A DNA stretch of 63,970 nt, counting the filler, from Octopus bimaculoides (Eukaryota): assembly GCF_001194135.2 (NCBI RefSeq). It is 7 parts of 7 records of this genome, joined end to end, with 100 filler letters (N's around TTAATTAATTAA, not from the genome) between each part and the next. Parts side by side here need not be neighbours in the genome. Positions count along the whole stretch, not along the records: positions 47,885 to 62,756 come from NC_068983.1; 6 more parts are not named here. One strand, 5' to 3'. The notes under the pieces are model-generated. The model ran no database searches, was not told the DNA's origin, and was given only the letters and a program-made list of their open reading frames with translations. Below are positions 49,301 through 62,066 of this stretch, in pieces. Position 1 is the stretch's first letter; each line of letters opens with the position of its first letter. The position numbers were made by a program, and so were the translations under genes.

Positions 49301-50122
49301 ATGTGTATATGTTTGTGTGTCTGTGTTTGTCCCCCCAACATCGCTTGACAACCGATGCTGGTGTGTTTACGTCCCCGTAACTTAGCGGTTCGGCAAAAGA
49401 CACCGATAGAATAAGTACTAGGCTTACAAAGAATAAGTCCTGAGGTCGATTTGCTCGACTAAAGGCGGTGCTCCAGCATGGCAGCAGTCAAATGACTGAA
49501 GAAGGTAAAGGAGAGTTATCGTTGTAGCGGTCGAGTAAGCGTTGACAGATCTCCAAACGACTGCACCTATGTACTTCGGTTAGCTCTCTTGTCACCCATT
49601 TTGCAAAGACCTTAGGAAACGAAGCTCGTCATGGATGATTTAGTATGCAGAACCAAGATTAATTTGCAGACAACATGCCACCCCATTGATGGTCACTCGT
49701 CGGTTAGGCAGAACCGTCTCTCGAGCTTGTTAATTCTCCACGTCAACGGCGAAGGTTGATGGGCACTTTGCTCCCCCTTTATACTTCGTGTTTGCCCGGT
49801 CACTTTTAAACTCCTCGATCCATTCAAACACAGTTCCACCTGGTAGAGCGTTGTTCCCATATTATATTGAATTTCAGCTCCTGACACACTTTCAGACCAG
49901 AGAAATCAGATCATTGATCTCTGTTCTTCCTTGGTGCACACTGCCAATGCAGCGGCTATTTATACTCTTTAACACAAGAAAGAAACCTGCAGGGATCAAA
50001 GTTAAAACTCTGTTATGTAACCACAAGGATACTTCCTTTTAGCATGTGAGCTTTGAAAGCAGTGTGGCCAACCTAAAGAAAGTTTTGATGGAAGTGCAGA
50101 TAATTTTTGACTTTCCTTTGTA
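48436..50122 (-). mobile_element. Near full-length decayed mariner (DD34D) with nested SINE
   Basis: TIRs tatgagggaaagtaaaaaaatt and reverse-complement tacaaaggaaagtcaaaaatt. Transposase 49959 to 48515 reads CTKEEQRS..FLWSE, FEWIEEFKS, KWVTREL, GDETRVH, LHNNACPHT, HPAYSSDLTPSDY, KCIKKQRDYVEK. Confidence 0.92.
49105..49515 (+). mobile_element. SINE family A, full-length, inserted in the mariner
   Basis: tRNA-like head (tggctgtgtggtaag, ggttcagtcc), internal (TA)/(TG) microsatellite and tail ggcggtgctccagcatggcagcagtcaaatgactgaa. Confidence 0.92.
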
Positions 50123-50371
50123 ATAATTTAACTTTTGTCTGTGAATGAGTCATATCGGGACAAAACATCGACAGATACATCAGAAGTTAGTATGAATATT
50201 TTATTGCTTATTGGCAAGCATCGCAGACTATAAAAATAAAGCTCTACGATGTCGTGTCCACCACGTATCATTTTAGGTTCTTGCTCGACCTATCTTCACT
50301 TTGATTTGCATGCATGGCCTATCATATCTTTTACGGCGTCATTTGAGAATTAATTGTCGTGCAGATAGGAT

Positions 50372-50654
50372 ATCGTGGAGGCGCAATGGCCCAGTGGTTA
50401 GGGCAGCGGACTCGCGGTCATAGCATCGTGGTTTCGATTCCCAGACCGGGCGTTGTGAGTGTTTATTGAGCGAAAACACCTAAAAGCTCCACGAGGCTCC
50501 GGCAGGGGATGGTGGCGAACCCTGCTGTACTCTTCCATCACAACTTTCTCTCACTCTTACTTCCTGTTTCTGTTGTGCCTGTATTTGAAAACGCCAGCCT
50601 TGTCACACTGTGTCACGCCGAATATCCCCGAGAACTACGTTAAGGGTACATGTG
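50372..50654 (+). mobile_element. SINE family D, 3' end in a gap
   Basis: A box tggcccagtggtt and B box ggtttcgattcc; body matches the reverse complement of 24045-24436. Confidence 0.88.
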
Positions 50655-51406
50655 NNNNNNNNNNNNNNNNNNNNNNNNNNNNNNNNNNNNNNNNNNNNNN
50701 NNNNNNNNNNNNNNNNNNNNNNNNNNNNNNNNNNNNNNNNNNNNNNNNNNNNNNNNNNNNNNNNNNNNNNNNNNNNNNNNNNNNNNNNNNNNNNNNNNNN
50801 NNNNNNNNNNNNNNNNNNNNNNNNNNNNNNNNNNNNNNNNNNNNNNNNNNNNNNNNNNNNNNNNNNNNNNNNNNNNNNNNNNNNNNNNNNNNNNNNNNNN
50901 NNNNNNNNNNNNNNNNNNNNNNNNNNNNNNNNNNNNNNNNNNNNNNNNNNNNNNNNNNNNNNNNNNNNNNNNNNNNNNNNNNNNNNNNNNNNNNNNNNNN
51001 NNNNNNNNNNNNNNNNNNNNNNNNNNNNNNNNNNNNNNNNNNNNNNNNNNNNNNNNNNNNNNNNNNNNNNNNNNNNNNNNNNNNNNNNNNNNNNNNNNNN
51101 NNNNNNNNNNNNNNNNNNNNNNNNNNNNNNNNNNNNNNNNNNNNNNNNNNNNNNNNNNNNNNNNNNNNNNNNNNNNNNNNNNNNNNNNNNNNNNNNNNNN
51201 NNNNNNNNNNNNNNNNNNNNNNNNNNNNNNNNNNNNNNNNNNNNNNNNNNNNNNNNNNNNNNNNNNNNNNNNNNNNNNNNNNNNNNNNNNNNNNNNNNNN
51301 NNNNNNNNNNNNNNNNNNNNNNNNNNNNNNNNNNNNNNNNNNNNNNNNNNNNNNNNNNNNNNNNNNNNNNNNNNNNNNNNNNNNNNNNNNNNNNNNNNNN
51401 NNNNNA

Positions 51407-51555
51407 CGTTCTGAGTTCAAATTCTGCCGAGGTCGACTTTGCTTTTCATCCTTTCGGGGTCGATAAATTAAGTACCAGTTGTGTACTGCGGTCGATCTAA
51501 TCGACTGGCCCCCTCCCCCAAAATTTCGGGCCTTGTGCCTAAAGTATAAAAGAAT
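51407..51555 (+). mobile_element. SINE family C copy, 5' end in a gap
   Basis: cgttctgagttcaaattctgccgaggtcgactttgcttttcatcctttcggggtcgataaattaagtaccag. Confidence 0.87.
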
Positions 51556-53944
51556 ATATTGTCGACTTTTAAACGATGAAAAAAGCAAAGCGGACCTGGG
51601 CGGAGTTTGAAGTCAGAACATTAAAGAAACGTTACTAAATGTCACAAAGTATTTTATTCGACGCTCTGCCGATTCTGGTATTCGCCCATTATATACATAC
51701 TACAGGATTTACTTATATTGGAAGAAAAGGCATCAACGTCACACAATCCCGTGACCTTTTTTTCCGATTCTTTACTAGCCGAGCTCAAATCCCACCGAAG
51801 TCAACTTCGCTTTTCATTCTCTCCGAGTCGATAAAATAAATACCAGTCAAAATTAGAAAGAATTATTTTATATCAGTATTTATTATGTAAAGGCAGCAAA
51901 TTGGTAGAACCATTAGAACGTCGGTTATAATATCTGATGGTATTTGTTCCTGTATTGTATGTTCAAATCCCGCTGAAGTTAATTTTTTTCCTCTCATCCT
52001 TGCGAATTTCGTAAATAAATTACCAGTAGTGGATGGAGTGATACTTTGTCTTTCGCTTTCTCCCTCCCTCCCCCCTCTCTCTCACCCAACTGTTCTTTTT
52101 TCTCCTTCTCTCTCAATCAGTTCTGTGACTCCAGAAAAGGAGAAAGTTTGATTAAAGGATTAGTAGCCTGGTCTCATAGGAAAACTGATATTCTATTGGA
52201 ACCGTCCAAGGACAGACCAATCTGCAGTACAACATGGAATGGATATATAGAAGAATTCAGTAATTAATCAGTCTTTTACAAAAAAAAAAAGAGAAAAGAA
52301 AAAGAAAGTGGCTAACGTTAGNNNNNNNNNNGGAGTGATACTTTGTCTTTCGCTTTCTCCCTCCCTCCCCCCTCTCTCTCACCCAACTGTTCTTTTTTCT
52401 CCTTCTCTCTCAATCAGTTCTGTGACTCCAGAAAAGGAGAAAGTTTGATTAAAGGATTAGTAGCCTGGTCTCATAGGAAAACTGATATTCTATTGGAACC
52501 GTCCAAGGACAGACCAATCTGCAGTACAACATGGAATGGATATATAGAAGAATTCAGTAATTAATCAGTCTTTTACAAAAAAAAAAAAAGAGAAAAGAAA
52601 AAGAAAGTGGCTAACGTTAGAAATCAAGATGTATGCTGGGAAGGCTGAGATCACGAACCCGGCTTTGATTACCAGCTCAGGCAATTTTCCTTTATTTACT
52701 CAATTAAATAGCCCGAGGGAAGGGATGCACATCACAAAATTCCATTTTCGATTCTGCTATGATATGAATCTATTTCTGCCTAGTCAATTTTCCTCCCCCT
52801 AATCGATAATATCTTGTTAGTTATCTGTATAGGTTATTCAGCGAATAAACCCTTTCCTCTTTGCAGTCCAGATTCTTTTGCATAACAGCCCCTTTCCTTC
52901 TTCGCTTATAAGTTTTCTATGGTTCGGGCCGGTTTATGAAAACGCCAGCGACATAATTTAATACATGCAATCAACTGCGTTTGGGATATTGATTGTGAGA
53001 GAAAAAAATGTTATGAAGAAAGTAATTATAAGAACGCAATTATAAGAAAACGATAAACACTAATGGATAACATTAATGAAACGATAAACTTCAGCGTCTA
53101 CATCTCACTTCATTCAAAATGGTTTATTTCTTCTGACTATTCAATCTTCTGAATCACTAGAATCACTAGTAAAGGTCGCCGTGCCATGTTGTGAGTTTGG
53201 TAAATTCTAGAAGATCCTATAGCACGATTAGCTTGCTGCCGTTGTGATAAGAGATCGATGTTTTCACTATTGTTACCATGGACACAATAGAGTTTGACTG
53301 AGCTAATTTTAAATCACCGTCTTAAATCTATCCATGTTAAATTACGAATGGTTTTCGATCAATACTATTTTTTGATGGAAGAATTATATTACTTGTTGTT
53401 AAGAGAACTTCTCTTCTCTCTCTCAAGTCGAGAATTCTCTATTCTCAAAATGGTTTCTGTTTGTGCAAGCCATTCACTTCTTGAAGCTGTTACTAAAATG
53501 GTACAGTACTTCTACTACAGCAACCACATATATTATGGATGATGCTCTGTTGGAAATATTTTTCAACCACTTAAGCGAGTTCATTTACTTGTACGAAACA
53601 AAACAAACGAAACGAAAAAGGAAGAAAGAGAGAAAAATTGTCTGAAAAATTGGATCTTTGTAAAGATTTCGAAAAAAATCGATATCAGAGCTGAATTGAT
53701 AAGCTAGATATTATACGACGAAGATCGATAAATTTATAGATAAAATTAACCTATTTTTGTATGGGGTGAGTATCTTTACTACGGATGGCTCCAACAATGT
53801 GTTGCGTAATATTGATTTCTTACTGAGGCCCAATCCCATAGATATAAAACAAAAAGAAAGGAGATCTTGTGACATTTATGACTTTCTCAAGTGTTCGGTT
53901 GAAATCATCGCTAGAGTAGCAAAGATTGCTCAAATGCAAAATGG

Positions 53945-55122
53945 AATAATTGTATCAAATTTTGGTACAGGGCCAGCAATTTCGAGGCGAGGGGTAAGTC
54001 GATCATATCGACCTAAGTACTCATTTTTATCGACCCCGAAAGAATGAAAGACAAAGTCGACCTCGACAGGATTTGAACTCGGAACGTAAAGAGCCCTAAG
54101 AAATGCCGCTAAGCATTTTGTCCGATGCGCTAACAATACTACCAGATTGTTTTTTATTTCAAATTTTAGCACAAAACAGTTATTTTGAGGGAGGGGTAAG
54201 TCAATTACATAGGCCCAGTGTTCTACCGATACTTACTTTATCGACCCTGAAAGTATGAAAGGTTAAGTCGACCTCGGTTGGATTTGAACTCGGAACGTAA
54301 AGAGTCTGAAAAACTGTCACTAAGCATTTTGTCCGGCGTGGGAACGTTTCTCCCAGAAACAGGATCCATTTTCTTTGTGGGCTGTAGAAGTCATATTTGC
54401 ACAACGTAGTCTACAAGACGTCACTTTAGAAAAGTAATAAGCACTTTGACAATCCGAGCTTGTGATCAAGATTTGAGCCTTAGTATAAGTAAATGTCTAT
54501 CACTTCACTGCCATTTCCTCTCTAGAAATCTACATATTCCTTATTCCGAATAATGGGCTTTGACCCACTATTTCGTAGGTTAGTTGTCTGAGTGGGATCA
54601 TCGAATATAAGCAATGAATTAATTCACATTCCGAGCTCAAATCCTACGCTTACTTCAACCCTCAACTGATCATAAAATATTCTTTTTTACTCTAGGCACA
54701 AGGCCCGAAATTTCTGAGGAGAGGCGATTGGGGGGGGGGAGTCGATTAGAACTACCCCAGTACGCAACTGGTACTTAACTTATCGACCTCGAAAGGATGG
54801 AAGGCAAAGTCGACCTTGGCGGAATTTAAACTCAGAACGTAGCTACGGGCGAAATACCACTAAGCATTTTGCCTGGCGTGCTAACAATTCTTATTTCTTT
54901 ACTGCCCACAAGGGGCTACACACAGAGGGGACAAACAAGGACAGACAAACGGATTAAGTCGATTATATCGACCCCGGTGCGTAACTGGTATTTATTTAAT
55001 CGACCCCGAAAGGATGAAAGGCAAAGTCGACCTCGGCGAAATTTGAACTCGGAACATAACTGCAGACGAAATACTGCTAAGCATTTCGCCCGGCGTGCTA
55101 ACGATTCTGCCAGCTCGCCGCC
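53945..55122 (-). mobile_element. Cluster of four co-oriented family C SINEs
   Basis: Cores at about 53945-54140, 54165-54345, 54688-54887 and 54950-55122. Confidence 0.85.
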
Positions 55123-55154
55123 CTTTACTGGTGGTACCTGTTATTACGATCCTG

Positions 55155-55320
55155 CTACGATGAATATTCCGAGCTGTCTGTGATGCTGTATTTCCAAGAA
55201 AGAACTCATATTTCAAAACTGTACGAATTTCTGACTTATCCATCTCTAAACAACAATAGCAAAAAAACGATTTACAAACACTTTATAGAGCGCAAAATGA
55301 GTTAGAATAAAGAAATAAAT
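55155..55320 (-). mobile_element. Mariner 5' fragment
   Basis: MDKSEIRTVLKYEFFLGNTASQTARNI, a mariner N-terminal HTH start, cut off next to the family C SINE. Confidence 0.75.
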
Positions 55321-55429
55321 TGTCATCTTTCTAACAAAAAATAACGATTGTCAAAATATAACAAGAGCGCAACATGACCAGTTGTAAAGTTTGCCATATA
55401 CCTCACTACAAATTTCATACTTGACCTAA

Positions 55430-56101
55430 TATTAATTTGAAAGAGGCAAGTTCCAAGGTTAATCATACTCCTCATCAAAACAGACGCATATCTAAACACG
55501 GAGGGCATATATAAGCCATTATAAGCGTGCGAACGCATAACATACAAATACATATATATACATATAATAGTGTAATTCTGTGCCCAAATCAAAGTCGGAT
55601 AAGTAATTGCATAAATACATACAGATAAATTAAGAAGTCCAAGCTGATGAGATAACAGTTCACAATAATCCCCAAAAGGAAGTCCTCAAATGAATCCAAT
55701 AAATAAAAAGAGTCTGACGGCCGTTTCTGAGAATGTACAAAGAAGTGTGTAGGTAAGAGCTTTTGAAATTCGGTAATACCTATACACTTCTTTGCACATT
55801 CCCAGAAACGGCCGTAAGACACTTTCTATTTATTGAATTTTTTTTGAGGATTCCCTTTTGGATCATTGTGAACTGTTATCTCATCAGCTTGGACTTCTCA
55901 GTTTATCTGAATGTATTTATGCAATTACTTATCCGACTTTGATTTGGGTACGGAATTACATTATTATATGTATATATATGTTTTTGTATGTTATGCGTTT
56001 GCATGCTTATAACGGCTTATATACGCCCTCCGTGTTTAGATATGTGTCGGTTTTGATGAGGAGTATTATTGACCTTGGAACTTGTCTCTTTCAAATTAAT
56101 A
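55430..56101. repeat. Long foldback inverted repeat
   Basis: Arms about 55430-55755 and 55777-56101 with a 21-nt loop. The ORF track shows mirror peptides (55323..55592- and 55858..56193+). Confidence 0.92.
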
Positions 56102-56816
56102 CTTTAGTATATATATATATATATATATGTATATATACGACGGGTTTCTTTCAGTATCCGTCTGCCAAAATCCACTCACAAAGCTTTAGTTAGCCCGAGG
56201 CTGAACCCAGATCCATGCGGTNNNNNNNNNNNNNNNNNNNNNNNNNNNNNNNNNNNNNNNNNNNNNNNNNNNNNNNNNNNNNNNNNNNNNNNNNNNNNNN
56301 NNNNNNNNNNNNNNNNNNNNNNNNNNNNNNNNNNNNNNNNNNNNNNNNNNNNNNNNNNNNNNNNNNNNNNNNNNNNNNNNNNNNNNNNNNNNNNNNNNNN
56401 NNNNNNNNNNNNNNNNNNNNNNNNNNNNNNNNNNNNNNNNNNNNNNNNNNNNNNNNNNNNNNNNNNNNNNNNNNNNNNNNNNNNNNNNNNNNNNNNNNNN
56501 NNNNNNNNNNNNNNNNNNNNNNNNNNNNNNNNNNNNNNNNNNNNNNNNNNNNNNNNNNNNNNNNNNNNNNNNNNNNNNNNNNNNNNNNNNNNNNNNNNNN
56601 NNNNNNNNNNNNNNNNNNNNNNNNNNNNNNNNNNNNNNNNNNNNNNNNNNNNNNNNNNNNNNNNNNNNNNNNNNNNNNNNNNNNNNNNNNNNNNNNNNNN
56701 NNNNNNNNNNNNNNNNNNNNNNNNNNNNNNNNNNNNNNNNNNNNNNNNNNNNNNNNNNNNNNNNNNNNNNNNNNNNNNNNNNNNNNNNNNNNNNNNNNNN
56801 NNNNNNNNNNNNNNNN

Positions 56817-56851
<35 letters not shown>

Positions 56852-56904
56852 TGTCATTTATTTGTAAATTAATATAACAGAGCATGGGTATTTTTATAGC
56901 CTTT

Positions 56905-57108
56905 TACTATAGGCAAAAGGCCTGAAATTTTGGGGGAGGGGATAGTCGATTACATCGACCCCAGTGTTTCACTGTTACTTAATTTATCGCCCTCTGACAG
57001 GATGAAAGGCAAAGTCGACCTTGGTGGAATTTGAACTCAGAAGGTAAAGACGGACGAAATGCCGCTAAGCATTTCCCCGGCGTGTTAACGTTTCTGCCAG
57101 ATCGCCAC
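56905..57108 (-). mobile_element. SINE family C copy
   Basis: ggatgaaaggcaaagtcgaccttggtggaatttgaactcagaa. Confidence 0.85.
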
Positions 57109-57238
57109 TTTATGGAAATATTTTTTTATATCGTCAAACAATGTATAACAGGATATGACAGTCATGTGCCAGAACTTGTAATCTATTGTTAGATTTTATA
57201 CACACACCTACCTAACTACCTAAATATACACACACACG

Positions 57239-57289
<51 letters not shown>

Positions 57290-58447
57290 ACATATATATA
57301 TATATCGATGTAGATATATACATACATACATACCTATCTACGTGAGTCTAGGACATTTACCCCCAATGGACAATAACGCCCACCAGCTTTCGAGAGATAT
57401 GAAATAAATGGTTTTTAACGGTGGAACTCGAAGCATATAAAGCTATATATAATAACATGTAGAATTTTGGGGACTGGGACCCATATCATTTGGAAACAAA
57501 GTAGACGTTGCACCAAAGCAATACTTCGAATTTTGCCATTCATTCTAGAAGCTTTCTTCTTGCTAGCGCGATTATGTTGTTTATGTCACAAAATTTTATA
57601 AACTTCGTGAGAAATGAAATAAATGGCTTCTAATCTTAAAATTCGAATTAAATAAAGCTATGAACATTGGATTTAAAACCTCCTTGGATGGAAAAAAAAT
57701 GTCGAAGGCTGACCTGTTACATCAAGGTCATTAAGTTATTTGTCGGAATATTAAAAGTAGGACTGAGCTATATCCATGTTCTTTGTAAGATGTGTTGGAG
57801 GATTATAACGAAGCAATAATAAAATCTCACATTGAATTTTATAAATTTTGAATTCATTGGAGCTATCTTAATGTTTTTATAGCTAAAGATTTTATGGAAC
57901 TCTAACAAAATTACATATAGTTTTATATGTAATTACAACTTGGTTAATACTATTTGCTTTTAGTCTCTAATTTTAGGTTCTAAATTAATGGATTTGCTTG
58001 GTATTAAGGTTTGTAATTAGCTTTGACTATAGTGTTAAATTCAAGTTATATAACTTTGCATAAGCGGACGCGTAGGTTTGAAAATTTTGGATTCAAAGTT
58101 AGTTTTGGCAAATTGATTATTCGTCAGTTATTTAGGCTATTGTCTGAAGGGCGATATTATTTGAAGAGAGTGTAAGTTGTAATTATGGCTTTTCCCCATG
58201 ATTGGAAAATCGCAGAGCTGCCAGTACAAGCACTTGCGTGTGTGTGTGTCAGAGCATATATATATATGCTCACACACGCACACACACACGTGTGTGTGTG
58301 TGTGTGTAGTATAGATCTATCATGTAAAAAGACATCTTAAATTCGGTATCGTATATTTTTCTCTTGTGTCTCTTAATCCTTTTCTCCTTTTTGATAAATA
58401 CTATTATCCGAAAAATTACATTTTCTTCTATATTTTCTTTTGGCAAG

Positions 58448-58650
58448 CAGCAATCCCTCGACTATCGCGGGGGCTCTCGGAACGTAACACCCGCGATAGG
58501 TGAAAATCTGCGAAGTAGAAACAGTACTGTATATATTTTTAAATCTATTTTTATAATTTGCATACATTCATTTTAGCATAAATGCAAAACAGCACCATGG
58601 AGGAATCGACGTAAGCTTAAAGAATAAAACGCGATAAGTGAATCGCGATA
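58448..58650. mobile_element. Probable Tigger-type MITE
   Basis: Left end cagcaatccctcgactatcgcgg and decayed right end cgcgataagtgaatcgcgatatgg resemble Tigger TIRs. Confidence 0.5.
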
Positions 58651-59831
58651 TGGTGAACCCTTGAAATGGCCATAGGTGCTTGTGTGTTTTGACCTATGTT
58701 TTTGACCAGTGGTTTTACGAACTTTTGTAAGTTTGGTGAGCAGAGACGGATTTTACCTATGGAAGTCTGGTGTTATTTACGTATACCTTGAGGGAAGTAC
58801 AGGACCTAATATAACTTTAAATGATGTTAAATTATTTTAAAGTTTTTTGTCATTTTAGTGTTNNNNNNNNNNNNNNNNNNNNNNNNNNNNNNNNNNNNNN
58901 NNNNNNNNNNNNNNNNNNNNNNNNNNNNNNNNNNNNNNNNNNNNNNNNNNNNNNNNNNNNNNNNNNNNNNNNNNNNNNNNNNNNNNNNNNNNNNNNNNNN
59001 NNNNNNNNNNNNNNNNNNNNNNNNNNNNNNNNNNNNNNNNNNNNNNNNNNNNNNNNNNNNNNNNNNNNNNNNNNNNNNNNNNNNNNNNNNNNNNNNNNNN
59101 NNNNNNNNNNNNNNNNNNNNNNNNNNNNNNNNNNNNNNNNNNNNNNNNNNNNNNNNNNNNNNNNNNNNNNNNNNNNNNNNNNNNNNNNNNNNNNNNNNNN
59201 NNNNNNNNNNNNNNNNNNNNNNNNNNNNNNNNNNNNNNNNNNNNNNNNNNNNNNNNNNNNNNNNNNNNNNNNNNNNNNNNNNNNNNNNNNNNNNNNNNNN
59301 NNNNNNNNNNNNNNNNNNNNNNNNNNNNNNNNNNNNNNNNNNNNNNNNNNNNNNNNNNNNNNNNNNNNNNNNNNNNNNNNNNNNNNNNNNNNNNNNNNNN
59401 NNNNNNNNNNNNNNNNNNNNNNNNNNNNNNNNNNNNNNCTGTAAAAGCCTCTACAGGTTCCAAACAGATGATTGAGTCTCACCTATAAAACTTCCCCCGA
59501 GACTCTGGCAGATACTCACTCTCTTCGCCAACTTATAGTTATAATGACTGAAAATTAAAAAGAAAATTAAAAGGAAAACAAATGTGCAATCAAAAGAAAT
59601 AAACATAACAAATTAACAAAAAAACAAAACATGGCAAATCTAGCGAAATAAATTAAACTATGTACTAATTATATTAATAAATCTTTATTCTTTTTTTTTC
59701 CTTATTTTTTTATTTTTCAATTAGCACGCTTTGAAATAAAATAGTATAGTTTGAATTCCTTGTAATTATAAATCAGTAAAGAAAGTCATGGAAACAAGGA
59801 AGACAAAGTGTCTGGATAGGAAGTTTCATGT

Positions 59832-59865
<34 letters not shown>

Positions 59866-60792
59866 AATGGAGAAGATGAAATATCTCGGAGAGATGAAAA
59901 CAAACTCGTCCTTGGCAGTATTTGAATTAAGATAATAAAGTGCTGTAATTAAATATCGCAAGATATTTTGTTCCGGCATTCTACGAATTCTGTTAAATCC
60001 ACCACCTTGTCAAGAATAATTGGAAGCCTATATAGAGCTGATTATCTTGTAAGAAATAGCAGTTAAATCTTCTTTAAATCACACCTTGAAAATGGAATGA
60101 AGCATTAGATGATAATATAGACCCAAACATTGTCTAAAAGAGAAAAAAAAATGTGTAGTGTATGTTTGGAACGTTTGTGATCAGAGCTGAGGTCGAACAG
60201 AGCTAGCTGACCCGAGGCTAAACAATAATACTAACATCCGTAATACTAATAGGTAATATTTATCACCCATGTAAAGTGGACGTTGTGTTAGAACAGAGTG
60301 TACTGCATTAATTACCACGAGAAAACTTCTCATATGGACTTCTGGTGCATAAAAGCACCCTTGTTTATATCACTGGCGGGCGAGTATCGTTTGCTTCGGT
60401 CGCCTGAACGGTCAGAACGCATGATTTCACCTTTCCTTCGCCTTGTCAAGGACTGACATCCTCCTAGACGTAGCAACCGATTACTCCGTGAGCGATATAT
60501 TGTATCTCAGTGTCTCTTCGGGCACTGGTGTTGCAAATAGACTGCGGGATTATCAAAAAATAATTAATAGCGACAGAAGCAGTATTAATATTAAAGGTAA
60601 TATTTATCAACCACTTAAAGTAGTTAATCATATAGATTCTATTACTTATTTTGATCTGGTACTTATTTCATCAGTCTATCAAATAATTAAGTTTTTTTCG
60701 ACACAACAGAGGGTTTACAACGATAAAAATGAATACAGATACAAAGAGACATAATATATACATGAAAATGAAAATACTCAGTTATTCACACA

Positions 60793-60895
60793 CGTGCATA
60801 TATAAACCTCACCGTGCATATATTAACCTCATACGTGCATATATTAACCTCATACGTGCATATATTAACCTCATACGTGCATATATTAACCTCAC
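60793..60895. repeat. 21-bp minisatellite, about 5 copies
   Basis: cgtgcatatattaacctcata repeated; the ORF track shows VHILTSY repeats. Confidence 0.9.
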
Positions 60896-61039
60896 CACCT
60901 AACTATCTCTCTCTCTCTTTCTATCTGTCTGTCGATCTATCTCTATCTACCTATTTGCGATTTTTTAAATACTTCTTTTATTTTTCAAAATTAAGATAAA
61001 CAAAGTTCTTTTTAATTCTAAAATATACTCTCCTTCATT

Positions 61040-61475
61040 TTTTACAATGCTCTTCTATCTATCTGGTACACTTGCAAGGTCTCTCTTCCAAAATTCACTT
61101 GTCTGTGACGAAAAATACTCCTTCAGTATTGTTCTGACCTCGTCTACAGAATTCGTATTTTTTTCCTTCAAATGATTTTGAAGACTGCGGAATAAATGAT
61201 AATTAGATGAGGTAATGTCCGGCGAATATAGTGGATGGAGCATCGTCTCTGATTCAAACTGCTCCAGCCTTTGGAATGTCATCCTCGCTGTATGTGACCA
61301 AGCATTATCCTCTTGGAAGAACACCTTTCGTCTTGGCACCAAAGATGGTCGTTTTTCTTCTAGCGCTGACTTAAGCCACTCAAGCTGCTCGCAGTAAATT
61401 TCCTTTGTTACCGTTTGGTTTGGGTTTAAAAGTTCAAAGTGGACTAAGCCTTTCATATCCCACCAAACAGATGGT
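61040..61475 (-). mobile_element. Mariner transposase C-terminal relic
   Basis: SVWWDMKGLVHFELL..NQTV....YCEQL...FQEDNAWSHTA...LHPLYSPDITSSNYHLFRSLQNHL. The 5' part is lost in a gap. Confidence 0.9.
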
Positions 61476-62024
61476 GTAATGCTTGCATTATTCGATTAAA
61501 TGNNNNNNNNNNNNNNNNNNNNNNNNNNNNNNNNNNNNNNNNNNNNNNNNNNNNNNNNNNNNNNNNNNNNNNNNNNNNNNNNNNNNNNNNNNNNNNNNNN
61601 NNNNNNNNNNNNNNNNNNNNNNNNNNNNNNNNNNNNNNNNNNNNNNNNNNNNNNNNNNNNNNNNNNNNNNNNNNNNNNNNNNNNNNNNNNNNNNNNNNNN
61701 NNNNNNNNNNNNNNNNNNNNNNNNNNNNNNNNNNNNNNNNNNNNNNNNNNNNNNNNNNNNNNNNNNNNNNNNNNNNNNNNNNNNNNNNNNNNNNNNNNNN
61801 NNNNNNNNNNNNNNNNNNNNNNNNNNNNNNNNNNNNNNNNNNNNNNNNNNNNNNNNNNNNNNNNNNNNNNNNNNNNNNNNNNNNNNNNNNNNNNNNNNNN
61901 NNNNNNNNNNNNNNNNNNNNNNNNNNNNNNNNNNNNNNNNNNNNNNNNNNNNNNNNNNNNNNNNNNNNNNNNNNNNNNNNNNNNNNNNNNNNNNNNNNNN
62001 NNNNNNNNNNNNNNNNNNNNNNNN

Positions 62025-62066
<42 letters not shown>

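Noticed and set aside
50372-50450. tRNA-like sequence with A and B boxes
   Set aside because: It is the head of a multi-copy SINE, continues into the SINE body and has no clean cloverleaf; the same applies to the family A and C heads.
52035-52621. About 290-bp tandem duplication giving two identical 73-aa ORFs
   Set aside because: The copies sit either side of a 10-N gap and appear to differ only in a poly-A length, indicating unmerged overlap or haplotypes.
53389-53492. Possible minus-strand terminal exon TASRSEWLAQTETILRIENSRLEREKRSSLNNK*
   Set aside because: The acceptor has a poor pyrimidine tract, no partner exons were found and I recognise no homology.
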